DNA from: a virus
Length of the DNA stretch: 64,000 nt
Direction: 5' to 3' (one strand)
IMG/VR virus record: IMGVR_UViG_3300045988_060496
Span: 114,625 to 178,624 of that record
Shown: one piece after another, positions 1 through 10,679 of the stretch
Position numbering within the stretch: position 1 is the stretch's first letter
How the letters are laid out: every line of letters starts with the position of its first letter
Position numbers and translations under genes: made by a program
Notes under the pieces: generated by a model
Databases searched by the model: none
What the model was told of the DNA's origin: nothing
Seen by the model: only the letters and a program-made list of their open reading frames with translations

Positions 1-420
1 AGCTTTTTACTAATCTTATCTACCCAGGGCATACATTGCTTAACTAGGTCATAATGTTCCTCTGACAAAATATATTCCTTTTCTCTTGAAAGAATCTTCT
101 TAAAAGATAATTGTATTCCATACGTTTCGAAGATGTATATGGATAATAGCTTAATATATAAGGCTACTTCTCCCATCTCTAGACTAAAATATAATACCTT
201 AAAATCATCATCATCAAGATGTTCCATTAGTGGTCTATAAACATAAGCATAAAGGGCAAATGAAGTTTTACCTGCACCAGAGTTAGATAGAATTAGTGTA
301 TAGGTTTCCCTAGTAACTCCATCAATAATACTCTCTAGTTTAGGAAGTTTCATAGATATACCATGATTTAACCCCAATCTACCTCTATCAATTTCGTAAA
401 GAAGTTTCTCAGAAATCATA
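1..420 (-). CDS. DnaB-like replicative helicase (partial; start codon at 418-420, C-terminus beyond window edge)
   Basis: Manual translation of minus strand gives MISEKLLYEIDRG...SNSGAGKTSF (Walker A) and FSLEMGEV, the DnaB-family FSLEM motif. Confidence 0.55.
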
Positions 421-1021
421 GCAATCTCATGGAATCATAATTAACTCCGCCTTCATCTTTTAGTGCTTCAAGTTCTTCCCACTTATGGTCTATTACAAAG
501 TTGGCAATAGTGGTACATAGAATATTGTGCTCTCTAGCCCACTTTACTAGCTCTATAATTTGATTATGAATTTCTGGCTTCCATCTGATAGTCCTACCAT
601 AAAACCTATAGAAGTCTTCGATGGTGTCAAATTTCTTGGACACGCTTCTAAGACCCACTTGTGAATTATTAACTATCCCGAATTGAGGATAGGTATCCCA
701 TAATTCCTTACCTAGCTCAAATGAGCATTTGTAGAAATCTTTAACCACATTTTTGTTTAGTGGAATATCTAAGGGATTAAATACACTTCCTTTTTCAGGA
801 ATTTTATAGGATTTATGAATAATTCCAGCATTGCGAAGCCCAGTTAATAGTTCTATTGTAAAACCACGAGCACATACTCTAGAGGAGAAATACTCATGGA
901 CAATTTCTGGTTCGTCGCCTTCTTGGGCAATAAGAATAATTTCTAACAACAACAACTCGCTCGGATTTATACTATATTTCTCACAAAACAGAAGCTGTTG
1001 TTTCAATTCAAGATTTCTCAC
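416..1021 (-). CDS. hypothetical protein
   Basis: 201-aa ORF in track; overlaps downstream helicase start by 4 nt (ATGA). Confidence 0.5.
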   Translation of the reverse strand: MRNLELKQQLLFCEKYSINPSELLLLEIILIAQEGDEPEIVHEYFSSRVCARGFTIELLTGLRNAGIIHKSYKIPEKGSVFNPLDIPLNKNVVKDFYKCSFELGKELWDTYPQFGIVNNSQVGLRSVSKKFDTIEDFYRFYGRTIRWKPEIHNQIIELVKWAREHNILCTTIANFVIDHKWEELEALKDEGGVNYDSMRLL

Positions 1022-1278
1022 GTGTACAAATTAATAGATTTTCTACTAATCTATACACTAAGTCTAGTTTACCTGTTAAGGTGTTAAAACTTAGTTACGT
1101 GATAAACTTTAGTCCTTAACCTTTTCGTTGGCGGTTTCAAGAAGTACTGCGTAATCCTTCTTTAATTCCTTCAACTCAGATGTCAGTTTACTAACTTTAG
1201 TTTCTAGCGACTTACATTTCTTAGTAAGTGCAGATTTCATCTCATTATACTCTTTCTTAGTGTAATAAGTTTCCATAA

Positions 1279-2556
1279 TTAAAAACGATAAGTAAAATTT
1301 TGTATTTTCTTCTTATAAGGCTCATAGGGTTCTCCCCTTAGAACTTTCATAAGATTCTCTTCATCAATAGTTATATAATTCACTCCTTCGTGTGATTTCT
1401 TGTACCATTCACACTCTACAGTGTTTTCAATAACGATTGTGAACATTTCGGCATACTTAGTAGGTTCTTCCTTACGTATTACCCTACCAGTTCTCTGCTT
1501 ACTCTTTATAGGACTGGAATCTAAACCAAGAACAATACCAACAGATAAACCTTTACAGTCTAAACCTTCATTAGCTAGCTGGACGCTATTAAGCACTCCA
1601 GAACTAAGTGTGGAAAATTCTTCTATAGTTATTCTGTTTTTCTTTTTACTTTCTCTTCCAGTATAAACATATCCTATACCTATGCTTTCAGCCATTTTCA
1701 CATTAGCTGAAAAGGTAATGATTTTCTTATCAGACCTATACTTGATTATCTCCTTGGCTATTTCTAGCTTCTTAGCATGATTGTATATGAACTTTTTCCT
1801 ACTCTGCAAAGCTCTCATGAACGCCGTAGCATGAAAAGTAATTTCCTTGAAAACTTCTTTCCTATCCAGCTTGCTGTTTCGGTTACATAGTTCGTCCCTA
1901 TACTTAGCCCTATTGACAAATCCGTTTGGACCTAACATACTCATAACTAAGTCAAAATCAAAGTTAAAATATTCAAAATGTTGAACAAACTCCTTGTTAT
2001 ATTTTCTATACAAGTCTATGTCGTCCACTGTTATTATAACTTGATATTCTGAAAAGTTTGATACCCAACCATTGGCTTTGGCTACTTCTATAGAGATATT
2101 ATCAATCTCTGGACAGTATTTTTCTATGATACTGTGCTTTCCATCAAGTCTCTCTATAGTAGCAGTTAAGCCAAGAATAAGTTTATATTTTACCTTAGTA
2201 AATACAGAAGAGAAAGTATCAGCAGGACATCTGTGAATTTCATCCAGAATTAGAAGGTCACAATCATACCCGTTCTTTGCCATGGAATTAATAATTCCAA
2301 CTTCGACATTCAATCCATATCCCAAACTGTCTAGGATTCCAGACCATTGTTCTTGCAAAGTAGAATTTGGAACGACTACTAATACCTTAATAGAAGGATA
2401 CTTAGAAATAAGTTTTCCTATAATAATAGTAGCAACCCTAGTCTTTCCATATCCAGTACAAGCAACTATTGTACCTCTTCCTTTGGACTTAATCCACTTT
2501 TTGACGGACTCCTCCTGCCGCTCATCACGAGTGACAGGAGTAAAAAGGTCCTTCAT
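1279..2556 (-). CDS. SF2 DEAD/DEAH-box family DNA/RNA helicase
   Basis: Motif I ACTGYGKT, motif II DEIH, motif III LGLTAT, motif VI QRTGRVIR in the 425-aa ORF. Confidence 0.7.
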   Translation of the reverse strand: MKDLFTPVTRDERQEESVKKWIKSKGRGTIVACTGYGKTRVATIIIGKLISKYPSIKVLVVVPNSTLQEQWSGILDSLGYGLNVEVGIINSMAKNGYDCDLLILDEIHRCPADTFSSVFTKVKYKLILGLTATIERLDGKHSIIEKYCPEIDNISIEVAKANGWVSNFSEYQVIITVDDIDLYRKYNKEFVQHFEYFNFDFDLVMSMLGPNGFVNRAKYRDELCNRNSKLDRKEVFKEITFHATAFMRALQSRKKFIYNHAKKLEIAKEIIKYRSDKKIITFSANVKMAESIGIGYVYTGRESKKKNRITIEEFSTLSSGVLNSVQLANEGLDCKGLSVGIVLGLDSSPIKSKQRTGRVIRKEEPTKYAEMFTIVIENTVECEWYKKSHEGVNYITIDEENLMKVLRGEPYEPYKKKIQNFTYRF

Positions 2557-3419
2557 TAGTCTATATTTCTAGTGATGTCCCAACCTTTAAGTTCGGCAAC
2601 TTTCTTAATTTCTTCCATTTTGTCCTTCCATTGTTTGGCTTGACTTTCACATTGATTCTGGAAGCGATAAAGAACCTTGCTCGACAACAGTCTCAACTGA
2701 TCACTAGTTAAGTTTGCATATTTATCTCGTTTCAGTCTACACATCGATCTAAACTCAGCATAACTTAATCCAGTATCACAGATTTTAAGAGCAATAGAAG
2801 GATTCAAACGAAGTTCCTTACTTACCACCAAAAGTCTATTGACAGCTTTACCTGTTACAGGGTCTTTACGATACAAGTCCTTTTGCATTTCTTGCTGTGT
2901 AAACCAAAGTCCCATCTTGACAATGAAATTCAACGTCAAATGAGAGTTATCAAACAATCCCAAAGAATCCAGACAAGCATCCATAACTAAACTTACAGGT
3001 ACTTCTCTAAACTCTACAGGGATACCATTAAGAATATTTCCAATAGGATAAACTTTAATAGTCTCATTGGTCAAAATCTCTTTATTATTCTTGATGGTAA
3101 TTCTCAGGTCTTCCAAACAGCGGGTGTTTGTGTATTGTTTCTCAGCTCTAAGCCATCTAATAAGAAGCTCTGCTCGACATCTCTGTATTTGATCGGACAC
3201 TATATCTAGTAATGTTAAACGACCCGGATTCTTGGTATCCGAGTTGTACAACATTTGTTCACAGTGGTTATAGAAGCGTTTCAGCTGATCATAATCAGCA
3301 TCCACTAACTTTATTTCCTCCTGGACTCCATTTACTTTAGGTCCTTTCCATACATAGCTATTAACATCGTTTGCTTTATCATTCAAAGCCTCTCTCAGCT
3401 TATCTCCTAATACAGTCAT
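2556..3419 (-). CDS. hypothetical protein
   Basis: 287-aa ORF; TAA stop; no motif recognised. Confidence 0.5.
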   Translation of the reverse strand: MTVLGDKLREALNDKANDVNSYVWKGPKVNGVQEEIKLVDADYDQLKRFYNHCEQMLYNSDTKNPGRLTLLDIVSDQIQRCRAELLIRWLRAEKQYTNTRCLEDLRITIKNNKEILTNETIKVYPIGNILNGIPVEFREVPVSLVMDACLDSLGLFDNSHLTLNFIVKMGLWFTQQEMQKDLYRKDPVTGKAVNRLLVVSKELRLNPSIALKICDTGLSYAEFRSMCRLKRDKYANLTSDQLRLLSSKVLYRFQNQCESQAKQWKDKMEEIKKVAELKGWDITRNID

Positions 3420-3463
3420 AAATTATTCTTTAAAAATACTTCATAGTTCATCTAATTTTAATG

Positions 3464-3787
3464 TTAATCTAATAATATTTGTCCACATTCTAGAGACGGT
3501 TTTTCATGAATAAATTTCAGGAAAATTATATTCGTCTCCTTATATGGAACGAAATCTGTACCATCGTACCATTTATCGATGCCTTCTTCTACATATCTTA
3601 GAGATACATATCCAACATCACCTAATTTCATAGAACACTGATTCCAATTCGGAAATCGAACACACATTATGTCTTTGTAATCTAGATTATCATATTCTAG
3701 ACGTTCAAAGACATAATTTGCATAACCCATTCCGTCCTCACATTCAGCTACAAACTTAACATGGTAAGTTACTTCTTTGGTTTCCAC
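3464..3787 (-). CDS. hypothetical protein
   Basis: 107-aa ORF, compact operon context. Confidence 0.4.
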   Translation of the reverse strand: METKEVTYHVKFVAECEDGMGYANYVFERLEYDNLDYKDIMCVRFPNWNQCSMKLGDVGYVSLRYVEEGIDKWYDGTDFVPYKETNIIFLKFIHEKPSLECGQILLD

Positions 3788-3941
3788 ACCTCAAAGGTAT
3801 TAATATCCTCGAACTTCCTGCAACCATAAGAGGCAAAGTCCCCTTGTAGTTTGTCCATATTTGGCAAACAGGGATAGTTCTTACACCTAGTACAGCTACG
3901 TTCAGGATGTTTATAGTGAAAACCATCTTTGTCCTTAAACA

Positions 3942-4316
3942 TTACTTCAGTAATAGGCATAATAATATTAATACACATGAGCCAGCAGCTCCATATTTGA
4001 TTACGTTCTGCTTCTTCTTTAAAGACTTATTAAGACCTTCAATTGATCTATTTTTATCTTCAATTATGTTTCCATAATACAGTAACTGGACTCTGCGAAC
4101 AGAATCCGTTTTCTCCCAACTTTTGTTTATAAGTTCTAAATTAGTTATTTGACTCTTCAATAAAGGAACAGTTTCGGACAATTTCTGATGTTCAGCAAAT
4201 ATCAGATTAGTTGTCTTTAACTGTTCGCCGGTTATTGTAACGGTCGATGTATTCTGAGAAAAAGCACAAATTGATGCTATCAGAACTAGACATAATAGTA
4301 GACACTTTCTCATCAT
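3942..4316 (-). CDS. hypothetical secreted/lipoprotein
   Basis: N-terminal signal-like MMRKCLLLCLVLIASICAFSQ. Confidence 0.4.
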   Translation of the reverse strand: MMRKCLLLCLVLIASICAFSQNTSTVTITGEQLKTTNLIFAEHQKLSETVPLLKSQITNLELINKSWEKTDSVRRVQLLYYGNIIEDKNRSIEGLNKSLKKKQNVIKYGAAGSCVLILLCLLLK

Positions 4317-4498
4317 ACTCCTTGTCTATATATTTAATTTTCTCAACAATGGAATCATTAACTATATAAATGCTATCTCTAATGATAGAATCCCTCACAA
4401 TCTCTTGCACATTAGGAGTGCTAGGATTACTATCTCTCTTAGGGATAGACAAATATATAATTATTAATCCCATTATGACAATTAAAATATAGCAAAAC

Positions 4499-5089
4499 TT
4501 AGTCTTGTTCATTTATCTCAATACCTGCAGCCTTAGCCTCCTCTACGAGCTTAACGCATCCGACTACATCTACACCTTCCTTCATTGCCAGTTTCACAAC
4601 AAGTTTCTCATTGTCAGAGAGACCTTCCACTTTAGCTTTTAGAGCTTGCTTTTTGTCAAAACGAGCTTTCATCTGATTGTAACCCTTGATAATTCTCTCT
4701 GGATTCTCTTTAAGGAAATTAACCTCCTGCTTCAAGAAAGCCTTTACCAAGGTCTTACTAGCTACTCCTCTATCTCTAGTATAGATAGTAGGACATTTAG
4801 GGTCGTGCAAAGCTTTATTGTAGGCATTGGCTTTACCTCTCTCCTTGTCAAACGTATCAGTCGGGTGACATACACTGATACCAACAGATACGACTCTGCA
4901 AACCTCTGCGTAATCTGGATCGTCCACACAGACAAATTCGTCCATTTCGTTTACCCAACCTACCGCAAGTTTGCAACCATCCTCACTCTCTTCTGGAGAT
5001 TGGCTTAAAGCACACGCTACAATCTTGTGTTCCTCACCCTTAAAGTCTACAAACGAGTCAATCAAATACTCAGCTACATCCTGTTTCAT
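4499..5089 (-). CDS. hypothetical protein
   Basis: 196-aa ORF. Confidence 0.5.
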   Translation of the reverse strand: MKQDVAEYLIDSFVDFKGEEHKIVACALSQSPEESEDGCKLAVGWVNEMDEFVCVDDPDYAEVCRVVSVGISVCHPTDTFDKERGKANAYNKALHDPKCPTIYTRDRGVASKTLVKAFLKQEVNFLKENPERIIKGYNQMKARFDKKQALKAKVEGLSDNEKLVVKLAMKEGVDVVGCVKLVEEAKAAGIEINEQD

Positions 5090-5322
5090 TTTCTACAATT
5101 TTAAAACCGTTATTAATTAAATATTCTTCTGGAGCAAACTGTAATTCGAAAAACCTATGCAGTGAATAGTTCTTTCTCTTTACAGAAATTAAATTTTTCT
5201 TTTTAAGTGTGATAGGTTTATCAGAAGAATAATACTTCTCTTCCATGAGGGCTGCTCCCCATCCCCACATTTGATAAACCGAACTACAGTAGATAAACTT
5301 ATCATGTGTATATACAATCTGT

Positions 5323-5796
5323 TTATCCTTCTCGTAAGTCTTCCGTAAGGTCGTCATAAAATACTTGAATAGTTCTAAAGATAAACTTATTCTTTGCTGA
5401 ATTATAACATTCGTTCCAGCTACGATTTTTGTAGTGGTCTAGAATTTCGGAAGCTCTTACATTATAATATATATTTCTGCAAAAGCTTTCGTCCTCATCA
5501 CATTCAGCAGAATTTATTGTATAATTTCCGATGCCAATAGCGTAATGATAATGGCTTCCAGAAATTTCACTAAATCTATCTTCTAACTCATAATCTTCGT
5601 ATATTATTACTCTAAACTTGAATTTGTCCTTACTAAGAAGTTTTGCCAGGCAATATGCTACATAGCAGCACCCTCCGGCATTAATATCGTACTCTTCATC
5701 TAGAAACCTACAAAGTTTATTCAGCCTCTCCGCTAGAATTTCTTGTACTTCCGTAGATTTGGAGTTCAATCTCCTCCTTTGCTTTTTTAAACTCAT
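5323..5796 (-). CDS. hypothetical protein
   Basis: 157-aa ORF. Confidence 0.4.
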   Translation of the reverse strand: MSLKKQRRRLNSKSTEVQEILAERLNKLCRFLDEEYDINAGGCCYVAYCLAKLLSKDKFKFRVIIYEDYELEDRFSEISGSHYHYAIGIGNYTINSAECDEDESFCRNIYYNVRASEILDHYKNRSWNECYNSAKNKFIFRTIQVFYDDLTEDLREG

Positions 5797-6033
5797 CCAA
5801 GTACTTACCTAAAGTTACAACTTCATCTTTTCCGAATTTTCTTCTAACTGCATAGTGGATACATCTCTCCACTGCAGACTCTAGCAGGAATCCATATCCT
5901 ACTACCTTGAACTCTTTTCTCGGATTTTTACCACCAATATCGCATAACAACTCCAAGTCGAAACGAGGAGATGAATCGTTAATTGGAGTTAACCTGTAAA
6001 ATGGACCTTCAATTACCATCTCTTTTTAAATTA

Positions 6034-6846
6034 CTATCCGCATACATCTATCACTGTTAAATTATTATTACTAGGCTTATATCCGTAATCACAATATGAA
6101 TTAGTTATTATAACACGATCAAAATTGTTACACAGCTTTACCAAGCCTTCGATATTTACAGCATGACAAACTATGATCTCGAATTTAGAGTCTGGATATC
6201 TCTCTTTAAGAACTTTAAGCTCTCCAAGGAATGTTCCTCCAGCATCACACAAATCATCAATAAAGGTAAAGGTCGGACAATAACAATTAACCTCTCTTCC
6301 AATGGAAAACTCCTTAATCTTACCAGTTTCCAAATCTCTCACTTTATTGAACACAATATGTCCCCAATTATTAGAGAGAATTTTGTACCTTTGGTAAGCT
6401 CCAGCGTCTGGGAACACAATATTAGATTGAACATCCAGATGCGATTCAAAGTTAAACTTTTGAGGATAACATCTAGTTCCTAACAATCCCTTAGTTCTTT
6501 CCGAATGGGGTTCCAAAATCATAACATAACGATAGTTCATAGTATTCAAGATACTACAAACCACCTTTAGAGAAAATGGGCGGTTAAAGTCCATTACTCT
6601 ATCCATACGCATGGACATTAGATAGGTAATAAACAAATCCCACTCAATCTCTTGTCTATCAAGAATGTCTCCGACTTGAGTTAGAATAAATAATTCTTCA
6701 GCAGAAGTAATTCTACATATAACCTTTACTGAATCTTTCCTATCAAATTCGTCAGGAAAACTTATCTGAGGTTCTCCGTCAGGAAATCTAGTGAGATTAT
6801 ACTTAATCTCACTCTTGTCCAAGTTAATTAAGTTTAATAATTTCAT
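6034..6846 (-). CDS. ribose-phosphate pyrophosphokinase (PRPP synthetase) family protein; candidate ADPR-pyrophosphate synthetase of an NAD-reconstitution (NARP1-like) pair
   Basis: Prs-like motifs FPDGE (cf. FSDGE), SMRMDRVMDF (cf. ARQDR), IVFPDAGA (cf. VSPDAGG), IDDLCDAGGT (PRPP-binding DDxxDTGGT). Confidence 0.6.
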   Translation of the reverse strand: MKLLNLINLDKSEIKYNLTRFPDGEPQISFPDEFDRKDSVKVICRITSAEELFILTQVGDILDRQEIEWDLFITYLMSMRMDRVMDFNRPFSLKVVCSILNTMNYRYVMILEPHSERTKGLLGTRCYPQKFNFESHLDVQSNIVFPDAGAYQRYKILSNNWGHIVFNKVRDLETGKIKEFSIGREVNCYCPTFTFIDDLCDAGGTFLGELKVLKERYPDSKFEIIVCHAVNIEGLVKLCNNFDRVIITNSYCDYGYKPSNNNLTVIDVCG

Positions 6847-7315
6847 CTACAACATATTTTAAAATTTCGTAACTTTCTTCTAAGCCTGCTCTATCATCCA
6901 GTAAAATATTATAATAGGGCTTTTTAGAATTTGGGAATAGTCTACTACTTGTAAAGGGAGGTATGATCATATCATTGATAAGATTCCCTACCCTCATTTG
7001 AACACACTCCACTTGTTTCTCTATAATTTTATCTTCATCTTCTTCAGTGGAAAATAAAATCATTTCAAAACCTAGCATAGTACAATGTCTCAATAAGTTG
7101 ACGACACAACTATAGTCTCCTCCATTATTATGGTAGTCAAAAATAGTGTTATCATAATCGAAAGCGACTATTAGCTTTCCATATTTCTTGTACTCTTCTA
7201 ATAGTCGCTTCTTGCAAGCCTCTTTTCCAAATGGATGGTTAAAACTTTCCATAAAGCCCTTCATTAATCCGCTGTCTAATTTCTTTAAGAGTGTACTCCT
7301 TTTTAAGGACGCCAT
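6824..7315 (-). CDS. HAD-like hydrolase (possible); true start probably internal Met near 7264
   Basis: IVAFDYDNTI resembles HAD motif I DxDxT; 77-nt overlap with upstream gene suggests a later start. Confidence 0.35.
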   Translation of the reverse strand: MASLKRSTLLKKLDSGLMKGFMESFNHPFGKEACKKRLLEEYKKYGKLIVAFDYDNTIFDYHNNGGDYSCVVNLLRHCTMLGFEMILFSTEEDEDKIIEKQVECVQMRVGNLINDMIIPPFTSSRLFPNSKKPYYNILLDDRAGLEESYEILKYVVDEIIKLN

Positions 7316-8801
7316 CTTCGAACACAGTCTCTAAGCAGCCTCCGCTTTCTACCTCAGGAGTTACCTGGTCTTCAGCATAGTAAACGCCATTAACGTCCTG
7401 ATAGACAGCAATTAGACCTTTAAGAGAATTTTTAGTTCCATCATCTGTTTTAGGATGTTTGAATATTTCTTTCAATTCTCCATTAATTACACAAGCAGTA
7501 GCCTTAATTGCAAATCCTAAGCTATCTCTACTTGCATACTGATATGAAAATGAACCTACTCCTAGAACAAGATTGCAAGCTGCCATATGAGCATTCTCAA
7601 GTCTCATGTAGATTTGTTTCTGACGTTCAAGAGTGATAGAATCACCATACAACAAACCTATTTTCGTACTAGGATAGCGATAATCCTTAGAAGTAGTATT
7701 CCATCCAAAAATCTTACCAAGCATATAATAAGCACCGTAGTATTGACCTTCTGAAACTTCTACATACTCAGCATCATCGTTAAATGGGGCATAGCAACAA
7801 TAATACTTACCCTCTTTCATCCTGGTATGGAAGTGGGGATTAGTTCTCAGCCCACAAATAATATCAACAGGGTCTCCGCTATCTGGACGAATAACTACAC
7901 GTCCATCACGAGCCATAATATCCTTCTTTAATTTGGGAAGGAAGTTTTCAATAACATTCCAGAAGTCCCAAGTATCAGAAACTATAGAAACGAACCCAGA
8001 TGGATACAATTCGTTAATTAATCGCTTAAAGGTTTGAAGTTCATCCTCTTCTCCACCAGCACACATTACAGAATGTTCTGTAGCTGGAACAGTGGCGGCA
8101 ATTAATTCATTGTCAGAATTTGCACCATAATATTCTTCTAGAGCAGCAATAGCTGGAATGGTCTCACTTCCAACAAACGAAGTCATATGTGCCATACCAG
8201 AAATGATAGCGGCCTCTAAACCAGCCATTCCTCTCATAGAGAAGTCATGACACAAGAAATCCAGATTTACATCTTCTGGAAATCCAGTATGTACTGCGTG
8301 TCTTTTAAGTTCATTCTTATAGAGTCTTGCTCTAGTAGCAGAGGTGCAAGGCATCCACAGAGTACAACTAATCAAAGTCTCTAAATAATTAGTTAACCAG
8401 AAGAACTCTGACTTTGTATTAGTAATAGTCATCATAGGAACCCTAATAGGACACACTGAACCTTCTGGCAACGCTTTAATGCGAATGGGAAGATAACCTA
8501 AATCATACAAGGCTTCAATATGTTTATATCCTACGGACTCAATTCCCACGAAGTTATGAACTCTTCGATAAAACATTTCTACAGCTTTCTCTTTGGGCAA
8601 TCCAAAGAAATTCTTGTTAAATTCGTCAATCAAATACCTTTTAATTAAGTACTGGATTCCGAATACTACAGAACCTTCAGTGGCTTCTGGAAAGTATTTG
8701 TTGCTTCTGGGAGTCCAATTACTGTAAACTTGTTCAGTACCTTCTGGGTACATTCTGTGGTGGCCCAATTTATAGCCATCTGTTGCATTAATTATTTCCA
8801 T
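7239..8801 (-). CDS. nicotinamide phosphoribosyltransferase (NAMPT/NadV) family protein
   Basis: N-term INATDGYKLGHHRMYP (cf. TDSYKVTHYKQYP), DFSMRGMAG, VPATEHSVM, VSDTWD, RPDSGDP: type II PRTase NAMPT signature set. Confidence 0.75.
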   Translation of the reverse strand: MEIINATDGYKLGHHRMYPEGTEQVYSNWTPRSNKYFPEATEGSVVFGIQYLIKRYLIDEFNKNFFGLPKEKAVEMFYRRVHNFVGIESVGYKHIEALYDLGYLPIRIKALPEGSVCPIRVPMMTITNTKSEFFWLTNYLETLISCTLWMPCTSATRARLYKNELKRHAVHTGFPEDVNLDFLCHDFSMRGMAGLEAAIISGMAHMTSFVGSETIPAIAALEEYYGANSDNELIAATVPATEHSVMCAGGEEDELQTFKRLINELYPSGFVSIVSDTWDFWNVIENFLPKLKKDIMARDGRVVIRPDSGDPVDIICGLRTNPHFHTRMKEGKYYCCYAPFNDDAEYVEVSEGQYYGAYYMLGKIFGWNTTSKDYRYPSTKIGLLYGDSITLERQKQIYMRLENAHMAACNLVLGVGSFSYQYASRDSLGFAIKATACVINGELKEIFKHPKTDDGTKNSLKGLIAVYQDVNGVYYAEDQVTPEVESGGCLETVFEDGVLKKEYTLKEIRQRINEGLYGKF

Positions 8802-8814
8802 TCTAAAAATTATT

Positions 8815-9339
8815 TTAATAACTAATTGTTAATAAACTTTTCATGCCTTTACCACTAGCTAAATTCTTAAAACACTGAGTGATAAATTCCTTCGTTTCTG
8901 GATGGATAGCCCTAGGAGAATTTATATACTTAATCCACCAGTTATATTCTCCTTGAAAACTATTACCATTGTATGCTTTGCCGGCAGCTAGATAATCGCA
9001 TACCAATTCCAGAGCATACTCTTTAGGCATCTTCACTGGAACGCCTCCAATGTCTAGCTTAGTTACCCAGTACTCGTAATGATGTGGATTTCTTCCTCTG
9101 TGATGTAAATAAGACCTAGAATATCCTAGAATTTCTTTTTCCTTGTTTAAGGGAGATGTGTTATCATCGTAAAATTTTACAGAACGAGAGAACTCATACC
9201 ATCCGAATTTAGATAAGTCGTGCAAGACACCCTGTTTGTATAGACCTAACTGAAAACAGTAATAAGCTACCCAAAACTTATGTCTAAGTATTCGCCTAAG
9301 GTGTTTCAGTGTTATACACATACATTTAAGAATTTCCAT
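8815..9339 (-). CDS. HD-domain-like protein (putative phosphohydrolase)
   Basis: VLHDLSKF (H..HD..K-like) followed by a His-rich LHHRGRNPHH segment. Confidence 0.35.
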   Translation of the reverse strand: MEILKCMCITLKHLRRILRHKFWVAYYCFQLGLYKQGVLHDLSKFGWYEFSRSVKFYDDNTSPLNKEKEILGYSRSYLHHRGRNPHHYEYWVTKLDIGGVPVKMPKEYALELVCDYLAAGKAYNGNSFQGEYNWWIKYINSPRAIHPETKEFITQCFKNLASGKGMKSLLTISY

Positions 9340-9659
9340 ATCTTCTTCACTATTCTAGTTAGAAAATTATTTCCTCTTAGATTGAACTTATGTGTATATC
9401 CAGACAACTTATCTGGATTCCACACAGCGTGAACTATATAGAATAAATATCCTACCGTGTATAACATAATGTTCAGTACTGGGATAAATCCTAGAATTAG
9501 TATTACTAAAACTAGCCACACTGGAACTTTAAGGTCATAGTCTTCTTCTATAAGTGCCACACTTCTGCTATACCCATTGTAGTAAACGGTTACATGGGTA
9601 TCTTTCAAGATAAGCACCGTGATGATTACCATCACAGTGCATATTACTAGATACATCAT
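9312..9659 (-). CDS. small membrane protein
   Basis: Two hydrophobic helices (LVICTVMVIITVLIL; VWLVLVILILGFIPVL). Confidence 0.4.
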   Translation of the reverse strand: MMYLVICTVMVIITVLILKDTHVTVYYNGYSRSVALIEEDYDLKVPVWLVLVILILGFIPVLNIMLYTVGYLFYIVHAVWNPDKLSGYTHKFNLRGNNFLTRIVKKIWKFLNVCV

Positions 9660-10483
9660 TTGTTATTAGCTACGTCTTTAAATAAGGTGGGAACCTGACC
9701 ATAAGTAGGAAGTTTTCCGTCCCACTTCTTAATCATATCCTGTTGAACTATGAGAACTGACAAAGATGCTGAAATTTTTCTATTATATTCAGCTTCTGCA
9801 TCACCCTTAATCTTAAGAGCTTCTGCTTCTCCTTGTGCAGCCGCCACTTTCTTTTTAGCTTCGGCCTCAATAGTCTTAACTTCATTCTCTGCCTTCAAAG
9901 CCTGTTGAATTGCAGCATTCTTAGCATCAATAGAATTGACTAGCGTCTGTGGATATTGAAGACCAGAAGTCATTTGTTCAAGCTGAAAATTCTCAGCCAA
10001 GAGTTCCTTTGACAGTCTATCTTCTATAGACTTCTCAAACTCCTCACGTTTACTTACTAGTTCATCAGTAGTATAGTTATTTAGCTGAATACGAAAAGCA
10101 TTCTTTACGTAATTGTACAAAGTAGTGTTAATTACCTCTACAATATCTTCCTTTCTATACTTCTTAAATACTTCTGGTGATTTCCCGTCAACAATCTTCA
10201 AAGAAATTGTAGGGTCTACAGTAAATGATGACCCATCTTTAGCATTAATACTGAAAGGAGGATAGTCCACAGTCTGTACGAATGTAGGATATTCATATAC
10301 AGCCGTAGTAACAGGATTGTACCATACCGCACCAGTAACAAGAGACACATCGTCTACTCCTTTACCATCTCCGTATAGATTTACCTTGATGCCTTCATAA
10401 CCAGCATCAATTCTCTCATAGCCACAACTAGATAAGCCAAACACTAAAGTTAATACACACAAAATCTTAATAATTGTCTTCAT
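9656..10483 (-). CDS. SPFH/band-7 family lipoprotein
   Basis: Lipoprotein signal ...LSSCG; SPFH-like core (GYEGIKV...TAVYEYPTFVQTV) plus Ala/Glu/Lys-rich helix. Confidence 0.5.
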   Translation of the reverse strand: MKTIIKILCVLTLVFGLSSCGYERIDAGYEGIKVNLYGDGKGVDDVSLVTGAVWYNPVTTAVYEYPTFVQTVDYPPFSINAKDGSSFTVDPTISLKIVDGKSPEVFKKYRKEDIVEVINTTLYNYVKNAFRIQLNNYTTDELVSKREEFEKSIEDRLSKELLAENFQLEQMTSGLQYPQTLVNSIDAKNAAIQQALKAENEVKTIEAEAKKKVAAAQGEAEALKIKGDAEAEYNRKISASLSVLIVQQDMIKKWDGKLPTYGQVPTLFKDVANNK

Positions 10484-10679
10484 TTTCCTTATTTAAATAA
10501 TGTTTCTTAATATATTTGAATATCCTATAAACTAAACTTGGGATTGCCACTAGTAATAGTAACAACCCCAAGATATTTGCAGCATACAATGATTCGGATA
10601 ATAACCATAAGCTGATGTTGTAAATTACAACGATTAATAGAACGGCAACAAATGCCTTAATTAAGTTTTTCTCGACCAT
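10467..10679 (-). CDS. small membrane protein
   Basis: 70-aa ORF, two TM-like segments. Confidence 0.4.
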   Translation of the reverse strand: MVEKNLIKAFVAVLLIVVIYNISLWLLSESLYAANILGLLLLLVAIPSLVYRIFKYIKKHYLNKENEDNY

